From positions 315,111-379,110 of the forward strand of contig CALKWN010000065.1 of the NCBI GenBank assembly GCA_938004185.1: 64,000 nt of DNA, given 5' to 3'. The DNA is from an uncultured candidate division WWE3 bacterium. GTDB lineage: Bacteria; Patescibacteriota; WWE3; UBA101185; UBA10185. The position numbers were made by a program, and so were the translations under genes. Below the pieces are notes generated by a model. It was not told the DNA's origin and made no database searches. It saw nothing but the letters and a program-made list of their open reading frames with translations. Below are positions 18,181-27,126 of this stretch, piece after piece (positions within the stretch are counted from its first letter, which is position 1; each line of letters opens with the position of its first letter).

Positions 18181-19324
18181 ACAAAGTCACAAATAACACA
18201 AACATTATTTGCGGATAAAACAATGAGTTTATAAAGGACGCCTCCACTATTAAAGCCGGTATCAGACTTATTAAAATTAACCTTCTTTTATTTTTCGATA
18301 GTAAGTTATCGAAAAAAGGAAAAAACCACGCCACCGAATATATTATTGCACCGAAAATTCCCGTAGTTGCCAGAACAAATAGAAAACTGGAATCGGACCC
18401 GGCTCCGGAGCGCGACGAAATATTATCTATGTTCAAAAAACCATATTCTTTTTGGGCGTACCTGTAAGAATTAAAACCCACACCTGTCAATAAATTGTCT
18501 TTTGAAATCTCAAGCGCGTTTTGCCAGGAAACGAGACGGAATCTGGCAGAATCAGCAGGATCTGTAATTCCAGATATTCTTGTCTGCACTCTTGGAACTA
18601 AAAAGTACGCCAAAAATGCGATAAAAATTCCAAGCAACAAAAATTTGGGATATCTGAATATTCCAAACATAAAAATTATTACAGCTGTCATTGCCCAAGC
18701 ACTTCTAGAAAAAGTGAGAAATATAAAAATCGAAATTGTAGCAGCCGAGTAAATATAGATCCTTTGTTTATTCCCAGCAGATATGCGGTATAAAATCCAC
18801 ACTAAAACAGTTGCCAAATACGCACCCAAAAAGTTGGGATCAAAAAACGTTCCGGCAGCACGGCTTTTGTGGGGATCCCAACCAAGCGATGGATCAAGTA
18901 CAGAAAAATCCGGCAAAAATACAAGCTGTAAGGCTGAAGCTGCGCATAGAAAAAGGGCGGACAGGATTAGGGTTTTTTCCAACAACCGTCCTTTCAAATA
19001 ATTTAAGTTTAATAGGTTGTAAACCACAATGGCAGCAAAAATGTAAACCCCTAAACGTAGGAGGTAGGCTAAGGATATATAAATCTCGCTACTCTCGTAC
19101 TTATAGATATTTACGAAAAATGATGCGGCTGCCCAAACAAAAAAGATTAAAAATAGAATCGAGTATTTAGGAAGGCTAAATCTTTTTTTAATTAAGAGAA
19201 ATATTAAACCCGAAAACGCAAAAATAGCCGCAGCTAGATCAAAAATGTAATAGTTACCGAATCTGGCAAACTGACCTAAACTCAAAGTTGCTGTCAATAA
19301 AATTAAAAGGTATTTAAGCACCAT
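18158..19324 (-). CDS. O-antigen ligase/polymerase (Wzy_C) family membrane protein
   Basis: RAAGTFFDPN, TFSRSA, R..SW, GVGFNSY; many TM helices. Confidence 0.85.
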   Translation of the reverse strand: MVLKYLLILLTATLSLGQFARFGNYYIFDLAAAIFAFSGLIFLLIKKRFSLPKYSILFLIFFVWAAASFFVNIYKYESSEIYISLAYLLRLGVYIFAAIVVYNLLNLNYLKGRLLEKTLILSALFLCAASALQLVFLPDFSVLDPSLGWDPHKSRAAGTFFDPNFLGAYLATVLVWILYRISAGNKQRIYIYSAATISIFIFLTFSRSAWAMTAVIIFMFGIFRYPKFLLLGIFIAFLAYFLVPRVQTRISGITDPADSARFRLVSWQNALEISKDNLLTGVGFNSYRYAQKEYGFLNIDNISSRSGAGSDSSFLFVLATTGIFGAIIYSVAWFFPFFDNLLSKNKRRLILISLIPALIVEASFINSLFYPQIMFVLFVTLFSSTLDI

Positions 19325-20591
19325 AGCTTTTTTTCCATACCTTTCGAACAGTAAAAATGAGCAATATTAGAATCAAAAACTCGGATATATGAGTTACGAC
19401 AGCAGAACCGTAAAATGAGTATTTCGGTATAACCACATAGTTAGCTGTAAAATTAAAGATGGCGCTGACAAGATATATATAAGGAAGGTAGCGCTGGTAG
19501 CCGAGAGTCACTATTAGCCAAGCCAATGGCTGGGTGAGACTATAAAGTACAAGACCTGCAAGAAGTATTCTCAAAGCCGGTACTGAGTTAGTAAATTCAG
19601 CACCCCCGAGAATACGAACGGCCAGGGGTGAGAATATATAACCAAGAACCGAAAAAGCCAAAGCCGCCCAAAATAAAAACTTAAGTGATTGAGTTAGGGT
19701 TTCTTTTAATTTGTCCTTTCCCTGAGTCATGTGTACAACCATGATCGGGTAAACCGAATTCATAAAAAAGGTAGGAAGGACGAGAGCCACTTCAAACACC
19801 TTGTATGGTAAGGCGTAAAGACCTACGGCTTCGTTATTGCTAATTCCCAAAAAGGACGGGACGGGAAGAACTGACAGTAACAGCGAGTCTGCTTTAAAAT
19901 TAACCTGGCTAAAAACAAACATTAACCCCAGCGGAAGTGATGATGCTAAAAGGTATTTCCAGACCTCTTTATCGGGCTTAAATTCGGGCTCAACCCCAAG
20001 TGATTTTATAAAGAAATAGTTTACGGTAAATGTTACGAGTCCTCCTAAAACATAGCTGAAACTTAACCACATCACACCTGCGTTTTGAGATGAAAGTAAA
20101 AATACCAACGCCAGAATTAGTAAATATCCTGAGAGATATCCTATTGTCGACAAATCATATCTTAGTTTTGCCTGAAATATTATGTTTGTTGTTGTAAAAA
20201 GAGCTTGTGTAAAAATTAAAAATAAACTTAAAATTATTCCCAACTTTAAACTATAGGAGTATGGAAAAAACTTTAATGCGGCTAATAACAGTAAAATAAG
20301 AAACAACGAGAAAAACATTCTTATAACTAAAATGTTTCCGAAATATTTTCCTGCCTTACTCCAATCTTTAGAAATTTCTCTAGTGGCTATGGCATTTAAT
20401 CCAAAGTCGACTATCACGAAAAACAGCGCCGGCCACGCCTGCATCAAGCTAAACTGACCGTACATTTCACGTCCGTAAGTCCTGGTGATTATTACTGTGG
20501 CTAAAACCGTGATACAAAGACTAAAAATTTTACCGAAAAGTTGGTACACGGTGTTAGCAGCAATTTTTTTGTGAGTTATGGTAAGGTTCAT
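19314..20591 (-). CDS. Wzx-type oligosaccharide flippase
   Basis: DFGLN..ATREIS, VGLY, many TM helices. Confidence 0.88.
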   Translation of the reverse strand: MNLTITHKKIAANTVYQLFGKIFSLCITVLATVIITRTYGREMYGQFSLMQAWPALFFVIVDFGLNAIATREISKDWSKAGKYFGNILVIRMFFSLFLILLLLAALKFFPYSYSLKLGIILSLFLIFTQALFTTTNIIFQAKLRYDLSTIGYLSGYLLILALVFLLSSQNAGVMWLSFSYVLGGLVTFTVNYFFIKSLGVEPEFKPDKEVWKYLLASSLPLGLMFVFSQVNFKADSLLLSVLPVPSFLGISNNEAVGLYALPYKVFEVALVLPTFFMNSVYPIMVVHMTQGKDKLKETLTQSLKFLFWAALAFSVLGYIFSPLAVRILGGAEFTNSVPALRILLAGLVLYSLTQPLAWLIVTLGYQRYLPYIYLVSAIFNFTANYVVIPKYSFYGSAVVTHISEFLILILLIFTVRKVWKKSYGA

Positions 20592-21808
20592 TAGTCACAA
20601 TCTCCGATTCTCATTTGATTTATTATAAAGGCAGGCGGTTTGCCGGAAATTTTCTTCATATCTCTTATCGTATCGAAATGTTTGTAAGGAACGTTATCTC
20701 CATTCAACCAGGAAAAGTGATCGAAAGGAGGCTCATATTTTATTGTAAAGGGCATCACGGCTCTCACTCTATCATCCTTCAACCACACGTCTTCAAAAGC
20801 TTTTTTAGTGTATTCTGCAACTGTTTCTACAGGAAGGTAGCTCGGGTTGTAATTTACGCCTTCAGCGTGTGCCCAACCTGTTTCCGTTATAAATACCGGT
20901 AATTCTTTTTCCACTTTAAGAACTACTTCAAGAAAACTTAGTTCGGTTTCGTAAGCTTTTATGCTCCATCTACCTTCGTTATAGGGACTTCCGGAGAAAT
21001 TGGGTTGGGGATAGGGGTGTGAAGCCCAGCCGTCTAATTTTGAGAATATTCCCGGAACAGCGATTTCCATTCTTCTCATATACTCAAGAGAATCTAAATG
21101 GTTAGAGTCTGTTGGCGCAGAAACATTGAATGCGCCGTTTAGCATAAAGAAGTCCGCATTTTCCTGTTTGAAGGTATCGATAGTGAAATTTAAAATTTCA
21201 GCGTACTCGTCAGGATCTACCCGACCGTACCAGAAATTTTTATCGTTAGGCTCGTTGTACACACTAACATATCTGTATCTTATCGGCCAAACAAATCTGT
21301 TAAGAAACTCTGCGGCCTTTACCGTCTGTTCCTTATAGTTATCCGTATCAACATCCCAAAGCTGTATTACAGGGATTAAATGTTTTTCGCGTAATTTTCT
21401 AAAAACCCCGTCCCATTTTTCGAAAGCGGTGTCCTTTACATTGTATGGAATCAAAACATATCCCCAGTCTCCTTTTCCGGTGTTAACAAGTTCCTCGGCA
21501 CGATCAAAAAACTCGTCTTCTTCCGCGTATATATAAATCCCGAACTTATTGTTTTCTTCCCACAATGGATCGCTTCCGGTGTATGTATAAAACTCAACCT
21601 CTTCTACCTGATTGCACTCATCGTTGTTTTCTGCAACCCTCATCCTATCGACGTAAACCTGCCTTTTTTGATCATCCGACAACCTCTCTTCTTCGAGATA
21701 CTTAGCGTATTCTCTATAAAAAATCATAGCTGTAACTACCGCTACGCTTAAAAAAACAAATAGCAGAATTGTACGAAAACGGTATTTTCTAATTTTTAGT
21801 ACCGGCAC
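20591..21808 (-). CDS. Membrane-anchored clan GH-A glycoside hydrolase
   Basis: NEPN acid/base, SHPYP, VFITETGW nucleophile. Confidence 0.8.
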   Translation of the reverse strand: MPVLKIRKYRFRTILLFVFLSVAVVTAMIFYREYAKYLEEERLSDDQKRQVYVDRMRVAENNDECNQVEEVEFYTYTGSDPLWEENNKFGIYIYAEEDEFFDRAEELVNTGKGDWGYVLIPYNVKDTAFEKWDGVFRKLREKHLIPVIQLWDVDTDNYKEQTVKAAEFLNRFVWPIRYRYVSVYNEPNDKNFWYGRVDPDEYAEILNFTIDTFKQENADFFMLNGAFNVSAPTDSNHLDSLEYMRRMEIAVPGIFSKLDGWASHPYPQPNFSGSPYNEGRWSIKAYETELSFLEVVLKVEKELPVFITETGWAHAEGVNYNPSYLPVETVAEYTKKAFEDVWLKDDRVRAVMPFTIKYEPPFDHFSWLNGDNVPYKHFDTIRDMKKISGKPPAFIINQMRIGDCD

Positions 21809-21888
21809 TACCCCATTCTATCATTTATAAGCCAACACATTGAAAAATTCGGCTGTATTTATCGGCCCAATTACCTTAAAATTACAAG

Positions 21889-23124
21889 GTGAGGTCCGAA
21901 GTAAAAGTTATCGTAATACTATTCTCAATCGTACTGGTTCTCGGCGGGCTTAGTCTTTATATCAGTAAAGTCGATTACAAGTATCGCCCGCTAACACCGT
22001 TTTCTAATTCATTTGATATTCTTTCGCTTTTTAAGGAAAGGAAAAAACCTTCTTATAGAATTTACGGTTACCTTCCGTACTGGACATTAGGTAGCATGGA
22101 ATATCTTCAATTAGACAGACTCACTGATATCGCATACTTCGGTTTATATATAAACGGAAAAGGTGAGTTTGTTAAAACCGTCGAAGGGGAAGATGGGAGT
22201 TTAATAACAGAGCCTGGCTATAGAAATTGGAAACAGGAAGAGAAAATTAAACAGTTAATTGAAGCGTGTAAAAAATATGGTGTAAATTTTGCACTTACTG
22301 TTATAGCTCACAGAGACACCGACAATGATGCATTTTTAACATGCAGAGAGTGCTGGGACACACTTTTGAATAACGTGATCACAGAGCTTGATGAAAAGGG
22401 AATCACGGATGTAAATCTGAACTTTGAGTATGCTGAATATACCGATATTGAAATAGCGGTGAAATTTACCGAATTTACAGAATATATGAATAGGAAGCTA
22501 GACGAAAGATACGGCAATTCAAATGTTGTGGTGTCAGCTTTTGCTGATTCAGCTGTTAAAAATAGGGTTAGCTCTGATTTAGAAAATTTAGCAAAACAAA
22601 GCGACGGAATATTTATTATGGGATATGATTTCCACCGCCCTACTTCGGATAAAGCAGGACCTGTCTCACCTATAGGAGGTAAGGGGGTTCATGCCGAATA
22701 CGACATAGAAACTATGATGAAAGACTATCTCTCGGTCGTTCCTCCCAATAAAATAATTCTGGGTGTTCCGTATTACGGCTATAACTGGGTTGTGGGGCAA
22801 AATGAAAAATATGCTGAAAGAATTGACGGAAGCGAAGAAATTGGTTTTTCACAATCACAAACCTTTGAGGCTGTTATGGACACATTAATAGATGTTAAGC
22901 CCAATGTTTTGTGGGACGAGCTGGGACAAGTTCCTTACTTCAGCTATGTTAGCCCCGAAACAGGTCAGCAAAGACAGGTTTTTTACGAAAACGAAAAATC
23001 TCTGAGAATAAAATATCAAATGGCTAAAAATAATAATTTAATGGGTGTAGGAATATGGGCACTAGGCTACGACGGCGGCTATACCGAACTTTGGAATCTT
23101 TTGTACGATGAATTTATTGACTAG
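21889..23124 (+). CDS. Membrane-anchored GH18 family glycoside hydrolase
   Basis: GYLPYW, MGYDF, LGVPYYG, GVGIWALG; catalytic motif reads NLNFE. Confidence 0.85.
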   Translation: MRSEVKVIVILFSIVLVLGGLSLYISKVDYKYRPLTPFSNSFDILSLFKERKKPSYRIYGYLPYWTLGSMEYLQLDRLTDIAYFGLYINGKGEFVKTVEGEDGSLITEPGYRNWKQEEKIKQLIEACKKYGVNFALTVIAHRDTDNDAFLTCRECWDTLLNNVITELDEKGITDVNLNFEYAEYTDIEIAVKFTEFTEYMNRKLDERYGNSNVVVSAFADSAVKNRVSSDLENLAKQSDGIFIMGYDFHRPTSDKAGPVSPIGGKGVHAEYDIETMMKDYLSVVPPNKIILGVPYYGYNWVVGQNEKYAERIDGSEEIGFSQSQTFEAVMDTLIDVKPNVLWDELGQVPYFSYVSPETGQQRQVFYENEKSLRIKYQMAKNNNLMGVGIWALGYDGGYTELWNLLYDEFID

Positions 23125-23152
23125 AGGATATAATTAACTTTTAATTATTAGG

Positions 23153-24193
23153 ATGGAAAATTCTGACCGGTCAAATTCAACAGCACAGAACGGAAACGGC
23201 ACACCTCTGCCTAAAAAGGTAGCTATTGTATACAGTGAAATAAAAAGAGAATACTTTCCTACGGAAGAACAATACATAACGGAAGCGGATGCATTTGAGG
23301 ATGCACAACTTATTTCGAAATATGTTGAAAGACTGGGTGTTGAATGTTCAATACTACCCGGAGATGCAAACCTTAGCGAAGAATTAAAAAAATTTAAGCC
23401 TGAGATGGTTTTTAATCTTGCGGATTCCATAAAGGGCAATGAGTATTTGTCTTCCGCTGTCCCAGGCATTTTAGAGTCACTTGAAATACCATATACCGGT
23501 GCAGACATTTTAGGACTTGCCCTATGCTACAACAAATTTTTAGTTAAAAAACTTTTACATCAATTTAAAATTCCGGTTCCTAACTTTCAATTATTTACTT
23601 CTGCCGTAGATCCTATTGATCCTCACCTAAGATTTCCTCTTATTACAAAGCTAAACGAGATACACGGCGGTGTAGAAATAACCCAAGATTCAGTTGTAGA
23701 AAATGAAAAAGCTCTGAGAGCAAGAATAAAATATTTAAATGAGGTGTATAAACAGCCTATTTTAGTTGAAGAGTTTATCGTAGGAAAAGAGATTACCGCT
23801 TACGTTCTTGAGGGACTTAACAGAAAAGTGTACATGGCTGAAAAAGTCTTCAACAAACCTGACGATAAGTATGTTTTTTTAACTTTTGAAGATCAGTGGA
23901 TAAATAAAGAGGAGACGTTCAAATACGAAAAATTTGAAAACTCTTATCTGAAAGATTTGGTAATAAGCGCTTTCGACGCAATAAAAATGATGGATTACGG
24001 AAAATTTGATATTAGACAGGACGGTTCTGGTAGATATTTCTTTATAGACGCAAACGCCAACCCGGCTTTCGGTCCAAAAGAGAGCAAAACTGCAATGGGG
24101 TTAATACTGGAAGATCTATATAAAATACCATTTATCGACATTTTGAAAAGACTGATGCTTAATACTCTTAGAGGGCCGCTTAAGGATTTTTAA
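23153..24193 (+). CDS. ATP-grasp ligase, D-Ala-D-Ala ligase-like
   Basis: IPYTG, NKFLVK, FPLITK, ILVEEFI.GKE, FDIR, DANANP. Confidence 0.8.
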   Translation: MENSDRSNSTAQNGNGTPLPKKVAIVYSEIKREYFPTEEQYITEADAFEDAQLISKYVERLGVECSILPGDANLSEELKKFKPEMVFNLADSIKGNEYLSSAVPGILESLEIPYTGADILGLALCYNKFLVKKLLHQFKIPVPNFQLFTSAVDPIDPHLRFPLITKLNEIHGGVEITQDSVVENEKALRARIKYLNEVYKQPILVEEFIVGKEITAYVLEGLNRKVYMAEKVFNKPDDKYVFLTFEDQWINKEETFKYEKFENSYLKDLVISAFDAIKMMDYGKFDIRQDGSGRYFFIDANANPAFGPKESKTAMGLILEDLYKIPFIDILKRLMLNTLRGPLKDF

Positions 24194-24226
24194 TCATCAT
24201 CACAACGAATATGCTTGTGATACTTT

Positions 24227-24302
24227 TGGTGGGCCCGCCTGGGATCGAACCAGGGACCTCTCGGATGTGAACCGAGCGCTCTAACCACTGAGCCACGGAC
24301 CC
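24227..24302 (-). tRNA. tRNA-Val(CAC)
   Basis: Reverse complement GGGTCCG...CTCGG-TTCACAT-CCGAG...GGTTCGATCCC...CGGGCCC-A-CCA. Confidence 0.96.
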
Positions 24303-24374
24303 TCGCGCCCATATTTTACAGTATTTTACACATCCCTCCTAGTTATTTAACCCGGTCTGATATAAAATTACCCT

Positions 24375-24929
24375 ATGGCAAGAAAATTTAGTGTTAGAAA
24401 CGCCGTCGCCGACGTACTGGAAATATTTCTTATAGGTATAACCGTTTTTCTGTTGGTATACATACTTGTAGGTCAGTTTCTGGAAGTTTCCGGCGACTCC
24501 ATGCACCCATATTTAAAAGATAAAGAGCAGATTATTGCCGAAAAACTTTCAATAAAATTCGACCCAATCCAAAGAAATGAGGTTATTATATTCTGGCATC
24601 CTGTTTCCAAATCAGAATTACTTGTAAAAAGAGTTGTTGCTTTGCCCGGAGAAACAATAAAAATTCAAAACGGTTTTGTATATGTGAACGGACAAAAGCT
24701 TGAAGAAACTTATCTCGCCCCAACAGTTGTTACCGAGGGTGACGAATTTTTAACGGAAGGAAAAGACTACAAAGTATCTGAGGACTATTTTATTGTAATG
24801 GGGGATAACAGAGGGGAAAGCACAGATTCAAGATACTGGGGACCTGTTCACAAAGATGCGGTCATAGGACGCGCATTGGCAGTTTTTTACCCAACAGACA
24901 GCATAAGATTGGTAAATAAAGAAAAATGA
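24375..24929 (+). CDS. lepB: Signal peptidase I
   Basis: GDSMHP, VKRVVALPG, MGDNR..STDSR. Confidence 0.95.
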   Translation: MARKFSVRNAVADVLEIFLIGITVFLLVYILVGQFLEVSGDSMHPYLKDKEQIIAEKLSIKFDPIQRNEVIIFWHPVSKSELLVKRVVALPGETIKIQNGFVYVNGQKLEETYLAPTVVTEGDEFLTEGKDYKVSEDYFIVMGDNRGESTDSRYWGPVHKDAVIGRALAVFYPTDSIRLVNKEK

Positions 24930-24966
24930 TTGGAAACTCTTAAGTGTGGGCTTAAATCGAAAATTG

Positions 24967-25227
24967 TTACTTAACCTCTACAACCTCGATTTGTTTCTTC
25001 TTCTTAGTTAACCAGGAAAATTTAACAATTCCGTTAACTTTGCTGAATATTGAGAAGTCCTTAGCCATGTCGGTATTTTTTCCGGCTACAAAAGTTCTAC
25101 CTCTTTGTCTGACGATGATTCCCCCGGGTTTTACAACTGATCCTCCGAAGACTTTTACACCAAGCCTTTTTCCCGATACATTTCCGCCCTGTCTGGCTTT
25201 TGAGCCTCCCGCTTTTTTATGTGCCAT
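24967..25227 (-). CDS. rpmA: 50S ribosomal protein L27
   Basis: MAHKKAGG, KRLGVK, IIVRQRG. Confidence 0.97.
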   Translation of the reverse strand: MAHKKAGGSKARQGGNVSGKRLGVKVFGGSVVKPGGIIVRQRGRTFVAGKNTDMAKDFSIFSKVNGIVKFSWLTKKKKQIEVVEVK

Positions 25228-25230
25228 ATA

Positions 25231-25701
25231 TTACTTAGCCTCCTTTTTTACCGGTTTTTTAGCTTTTATTGCGGGTTTTTTAGTTACCGGTTTTTTATCC
25301 CCAGCTACTTTCTTCACCGACTGTTTTTCTTTCTTTTCCGTTACAGGCGCACTTTCCGCTTTAACCACAGGCTTTTGTTCTTTTCCCGATGAAATCTCTA
25401 TTTTTTCGACTAAAACTTCAGATATTTCGTCCCTGTAACCTCTAGTTTTTCTATATCTGGATTTTGACTTAAATCTTGAAACAACAACTTTTCTACCTCT
25501 TTTTTCTCCTGTTATTTTAAGTTTAACCGAAACACCTTTTACTAAAGGATCTCCGATTACGGTTTCCCTTCCGTCAGAAAAAAGGAGCACATCGGCTGAA
25601 ATATCGCCGTTCTGCTTGTTTACAAAAAGGGTGTCACCCTCGTGTACTTTATATTGAGACGATCCTATTTTTATTACCGCGTATTTATCCATAGAAAACA
25701 T
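25231..25701 (-). CDS. rplU: 50S ribosomal protein L21 with Lys-rich C-terminal tail
   Basis: YAVIKIGSSQYKVHEG, KSRYRKTRGYR; adjacent to rpmA. Confidence 0.93.
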   Translation of the reverse strand: MFSMDKYAVIKIGSSQYKVHEGDTLFVNKQNGDISADVLLFSDGRETVIGDPLVKGVSVKLKITGEKRGRKVVVSRFKSKSRYRKTRGYRDEISEVLVEKIEISSGKEQKPVVKAESAPVTEKKEKQSVKKVAGDKKPVTKKPAIKAKKPVKKEAK

Positions 25702-25769
25702 TGGAATATTACACTAAATTTAGGGATTGAGCAAGAATTCCAACATAAATAGTGTAAATTGCAAAAACC

Positions 25770-27107
25770 TTACAACTCTGTCGTAGTTCCCGCTATTATA
25801 AGCAAATCGTAATCTTCCCCGTCATCCAACGAATCCTCCACAATTATGTTAGGAAATGCATCCTTTAAATCTTCCTCGAGCAAGGCCTTGTAAGCAATAC
25901 TGTCTTTTTTAAATCTCAATAAAGTATCTTCTCTCACTTCGTCGGCGGTGTCTATATCAAATACTTTGTAACCTTTATCCTCAAGGAGAGTTTTGGTTCT
26001 GGCTGCCAAACCATTAACTCCGGCACCGTTAAGAACCATAACATCCAACTCCTCTTTTTTAAGATCGGGGGATGGCGCTTCCTCTCTCGGAGCCTCAACC
26101 TGCTCACTCAAAACATTTTCCTGCTGAGTAGTATCAACTGCCATTTGTGAAGAATCACCGGACTTGTTTTTATTAAAGAATAAGAAAAAGGATAAAATTC
26201 CGGCAAATATTAAAACTGCGGAAGCTCCAACATAAACAATACTTTTGTTACTTTTTACCTCAACCGGTAGGGGCATTAGATTAAGAAGGTTGTTTTGGGA
26301 AAACAATATGTCAGGATCTGCTTCAACTACATATTCTACAAGAATATTCAGTTTAAACTGCTCATCGTACTCAACATCAACTGGAGGCATTCCGATCTCG
26401 GCTACTTCATATCCTGCAACATCTAAACTCTGATAGTTTAAAGTGTAAGCTCTCTTTACTGGTGTTTTTTTCTTGTAAAAAGACAGCTCGGAAACAAATT
26501 TTTCGATCTGATCTGAGGTAATTTCTTTGTTACTTACACCGCTGTAAAAAATGCCATTAAGCTCGGATAAGGCCATTGCATGGCTGCCGTCAATTCTTGC
26601 AATAAATACCGCAGGATCGTTTGTACCGACATACTTAGGAAGCAGAAGTAACCACGGAACCACACTTTTAAGTGAGATTCCAACTGCATTCGAAACTTCC
26701 AAAAGTTTCTCCATATAATCCTTTTTTACACCGACAAATTGGTATAAAAAGGGAGCAATTTTTTGATAGGAAAAGAACAAATCTTCAAGAGGCACTTCCG
26801 TTACCTTTGCTTTTATATCGTTTAAAAGCTGCTCCTGCTTTTCACCGTCCCTTTTGTTTATCGTGATAAATCTAAGGATAGTGTCCTCGGGCTCAGTTAC
26901 AACGTTTAACGTCAGTTTTGAAAGTGAGGACTCTGTTACTTGGGAAATGGCGTTTTTAACTTCCTCAGCATATTTTGAAGTGTCTAAAATTTTTGTGTCG
27001 TTTACTACTTCGGGAGATACGGTATTTGAGTAAGATCTTAAACCGTCCTTTCCAAACAATGTGACTCTTAGAATGTTGTTATTTAAAGACAGGTAGATAT
27101 CTTGCAT
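25770..27107 (-). CDS. PilM-like N-terminal domain plus TM plus LytR_C domain protein
   Basis: C-terminal VMVLNGAGVNGLA...GY...DLLIIAG matches LytR_C; single TM; N-terminus resembles a degenerate PilM. Confidence 0.7.
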   Translation of the reverse strand: MQDIYLSLNNNILRVTLFGKDGLRSYSNTVSPEVVNDTKILDTSKYAEEVKNAISQVTESSLSKLTLNVVTEPEDTILRFITINKRDGEKQEQLLNDIKAKVTEVPLEDLFFSYQKIAPFLYQFVGVKKDYMEKLLEVSNAVGISLKSVVPWLLLLPKYVGTNDPAVFIARIDGSHAMALSELNGIFYSGVSNKEITSDQIEKFVSELSFYKKKTPVKRAYTLNYQSLDVAGYEVAEIGMPPVDVEYDEQFKLNILVEYVVEADPDILFSQNNLLNLMPLPVEVKSNKSIVYVGASAVLIFAGILSFFLFFNKNKSGDSSQMAVDTTQQENVLSEQVEAPREEAPSPDLKKEELDVMVLNGAGVNGLAARTKTLLEDKGYKVFDIDTADEVREDTLLRFKKDSIAYKALLEEDLKDAFPNIIVEDSLDDGEDYDLLIIAGTTTEL

Positions 27108-27126
27108 ATGTATAACTATAACATAA

